Shown here one piece after another: positions 62,201 through 64,000 of a stretch of 64,000 nt of DNA (positions are counted from its first letter, which is position 1; the number at the start of each line of letters is the position of its first letter). The notes under the pieces were generated by a model. The model had not been told where the DNA came from, did not search any database, and saw nothing but the letters and a program-made list of their open reading frames with translations. Made by a program: the position numbers and the translations under genes. The DNA comes from Eledone cirrhosa (lineage: Eukaryota). The stretch lies in contig OZ024744.1 of the NCBI GenBank assembly GCA_964016885.1, positions 4,898,001 through 4,962,000 on the forward strand. Reading direction: 5' to 3'.

Positions 62201-63655
62201 AGTGGTGTTGGTAGCAGAGGTCTATCTTGGTAGACAGTGGTGTTGGTAGCAGAGGTCTTTCTTGGTAGACAGTGGTGTTGGTAGCAGAGGTCTATGTTGG
62301 TAGAAAGTGAGGTTGGTAGCAGAGGTCTATCTTGGTAGACAGTGAGGGTGGTAGCAGAGGTCTATCTTGGTAGACAGAGGTGTTGGTAGCAGAGGTCTAT
62401 CTTGGTAGACAGTGAGGTTGGTATCAGAGGTCTATCTTGGTAGACAGTGAGGTTGGTAGCAGAGGTCTATGTTGGTAGACAGTGGTGTTGGTAGCATAGG
62501 TCTATCTTGGTAGACAGTGGTGTTGGTAGCAGAGGTCTATGTTGGTAGACAGTGGTGTTGGTAGTAGAGGTCTATCTTGGTAGACAGTGGTGTTGGTAGC
62601 AGATGTCTATCTTGGTAGACAGTGGTGTTGGTAGCAGAGGTCTATCTTGGTAGACAGTGGTGTTGGTAGCAAATATCTATCTTGGTAGACAGTGGTGTTG
62701 GTAGCAGAGGTCTATGTTGGTAGACAGTGGTGTTGGTAGCAGATGTCTATCTTGGTAGACAGTGGTGTTGGTAGCAGAGGTCTATCTTGGTAGACAGTGG
62801 TGTTGGTAGCAGAGGTCTATCTTGGTAGACAGTGGTGTTGGTAGCAGAGGTCTATCTTGGTAGACAGTGGTGTTGGTAGCAGAGGTCTATGTTGGTAGAC
62901 AGTGAGGTTGGTAGCAGAGGTCTATGCTGGTAGACAGCGGTGTTGGTAGCAGAGGTCTATCTTGATAGACAGTGGTGTTGGTAGAAGAGGTCTATGTTGG
63001 TAGACAGTGAGGTTGGTAGCAGAGGTCTATCTTGGTAGACAGTGAGGTTGGCAGCAGAGGTCTATCTTGGTAGACAGTGGTGTTGGTAGCAGAGGTCTAT
63101 CTTGGTAGACAGTGGTGTTGGTAGCCGAGGTCTATCTTAGTAGACAATCAGGGTGGTAGCAGAGGTCTATGTTGGTAGACAGTGGTGTTGGTAGCAGAGG
63201 TCTATGTTGGTAGACAGTGGTGTTGGTAGCAGAGGCCTATCTTGGTAGACAGTGGTTTTGGTAGCAGAGGTCTATATTGGTAGACAGTGGTGTTGGTAGT
63301 AGAGGTCTATCTTGGTAGACAGTGGTGTTGGTAGCAGATGTCTATCTTGGTAGACAGTGGTGTTGGTAGCAGAGGTCTATCTTGGTAGACAGTGGTGTTG
63401 GTAGCAAAGGTCTATCTTGGTAGACAGTGGTGTTGGTAGCAGAGGTCTATCTTGGTAGACAGTGTTGTTGGTAGCAGAGGTCTATCTTGGTAGACAGTGG
63501 TGTTGGTAGCAGACATCTATCTTGGTAGACAGTGGTGTTGGTAGCAGATGTCTATCTTGGTAGACAGTGGTGTTGGTAGCAGAGGTCTATCTTGGTAGAC
63601 AGTGGTGTTGGTAGCAGAGGTCTATCTTGGTAGACAGTGGTGTTGGTAGCAGAGG
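59280..63655 (+). repeat. Tandem duplication with 2,204-bp period (63 monomers minus 1 nt), two copies
   Basis: Markers: CTGT of GACTGT at 59367/61571, TCTTAGTAGACAATCAGGG at 60931/63135, GTGGTTTGG deletion at ~59583/~61787. Confidence 0.9.
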
Positions 63656-64000
63656 TCTATCTTGGTAGACAGTGGTGTTGGTAGCAGAGGTCTATCTTGG
63701 TAGACAGTGGTGTTGGAAGCAGAGGTCTATCTTGGTAGACAGTGGTGTTGGTAGCAGCGGTCTATCTTGGTTGACAGTGGTATTGGTATCAGAGGTCTAT
63801 CTTCGTAGACAGTGGTGTTGGTAACACAGGTCTATCTTGGTAGACAGTGGTGTTGGTAGCAGAGGTATATCTTGGTAGACAGTGGTGTTGGTAGCAGAAT
63901 CTATCTTGGTAGACAGTGGTGTTGGTCGCAGAGGTCTATCTTGGTAGACAGTGAGGTTGTTAGCAGAGGTCTATCTTGGTAGACAGTGGTGTTGGTAGCA

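Larger units (their letters stand above)
1..64000 (+). repeat. 35-bp tandem satellite array, consensus TCTATCTTGGTAGACAGTGGTGTTGGTAGCAGAGG, ~1,828 monomers, extending beyond both window ends
   Basis: The monomer recurs every 35 nt throughout. The phase arithmetic closes: TCTATC starts at 1 and at 63970, and 63969 = 1828x35 - 27 (one-base deletions seen) + 16 (one insertion seen). Most monomers differ from consensus by 0-3 substitutions. Confidence 0.99.

Noticed and set aside
1-64000. CRISPR array (35-bp repeat with an internal palindrome)
   Set aside because: The monomers abut directly with no unique spacers, and there is no leader or cas gene.
1-64000. Giant repeat-protein or mucin-like exon (Thr/Pro-rich translation)
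   Set aside because: 35 is not a multiple of 3, so the frame cycles. The minus strand hits TAG every 105 nt, the plus strand has two TAG per monomer, and one-base deletions are tolerated.
1-64000. Variant pattern as a deliberate code or diversity-generating cassette system
   Set aside because: Ordinary point mutation followed by nested duplication explains the ordered variants. No enzyme gene, expression site or target is present in the window.
1-64000. Assignment to a named satellite family, a taxon or centromeric function
   Set aside because: I do not recognise the monomer. This needs a Dfam/Repbase/BLAST search and chromatin data that I cannot obtain here.
1-64000. Embedded transposon, inversion or unique island
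   Set aside because: None was seen on reading, and the phase arithmetic leaves no unexplained out-of-phase insertion.

Overview
The whole 64 kb window is one uninterrupted head-to-tail tandem array (satellite/large minisatellite, most plausibly eukaryotic; taxon and family not recognised) of a 35-bp monomer, consensus TCTATCTTGGTAGACAGTGGTGTTGGTAGCAGAGG (13 G, 11 T, 7 A, 4 C; no CpG). There are about 1,828 copies, all in one orientation. I found no gene, RNA gene, mobile element, CRISPR array or unique sequence, and the two 69-aa ORFs are by-products of the repeat. I cannot support a new protein-coding or functional system here. The real information is architectural. The monomer looks like an old 16+19-bp dimer and carries a small hairpin. 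Rare variants act as barcodes for nested duplications: a ~20-monomer cassette, and offsets of 2,204, 2,659, 5,421, 9,412, 9,479 and 21,239 bp. They also show a 210-bp deletion, a 175-bp patch, one 16-bp half-unit duplication, and a change of variant subfamily near 38-40 kb. Offsets were counted by eye from marker variants, and block edges are approximate to within one or two monomers.
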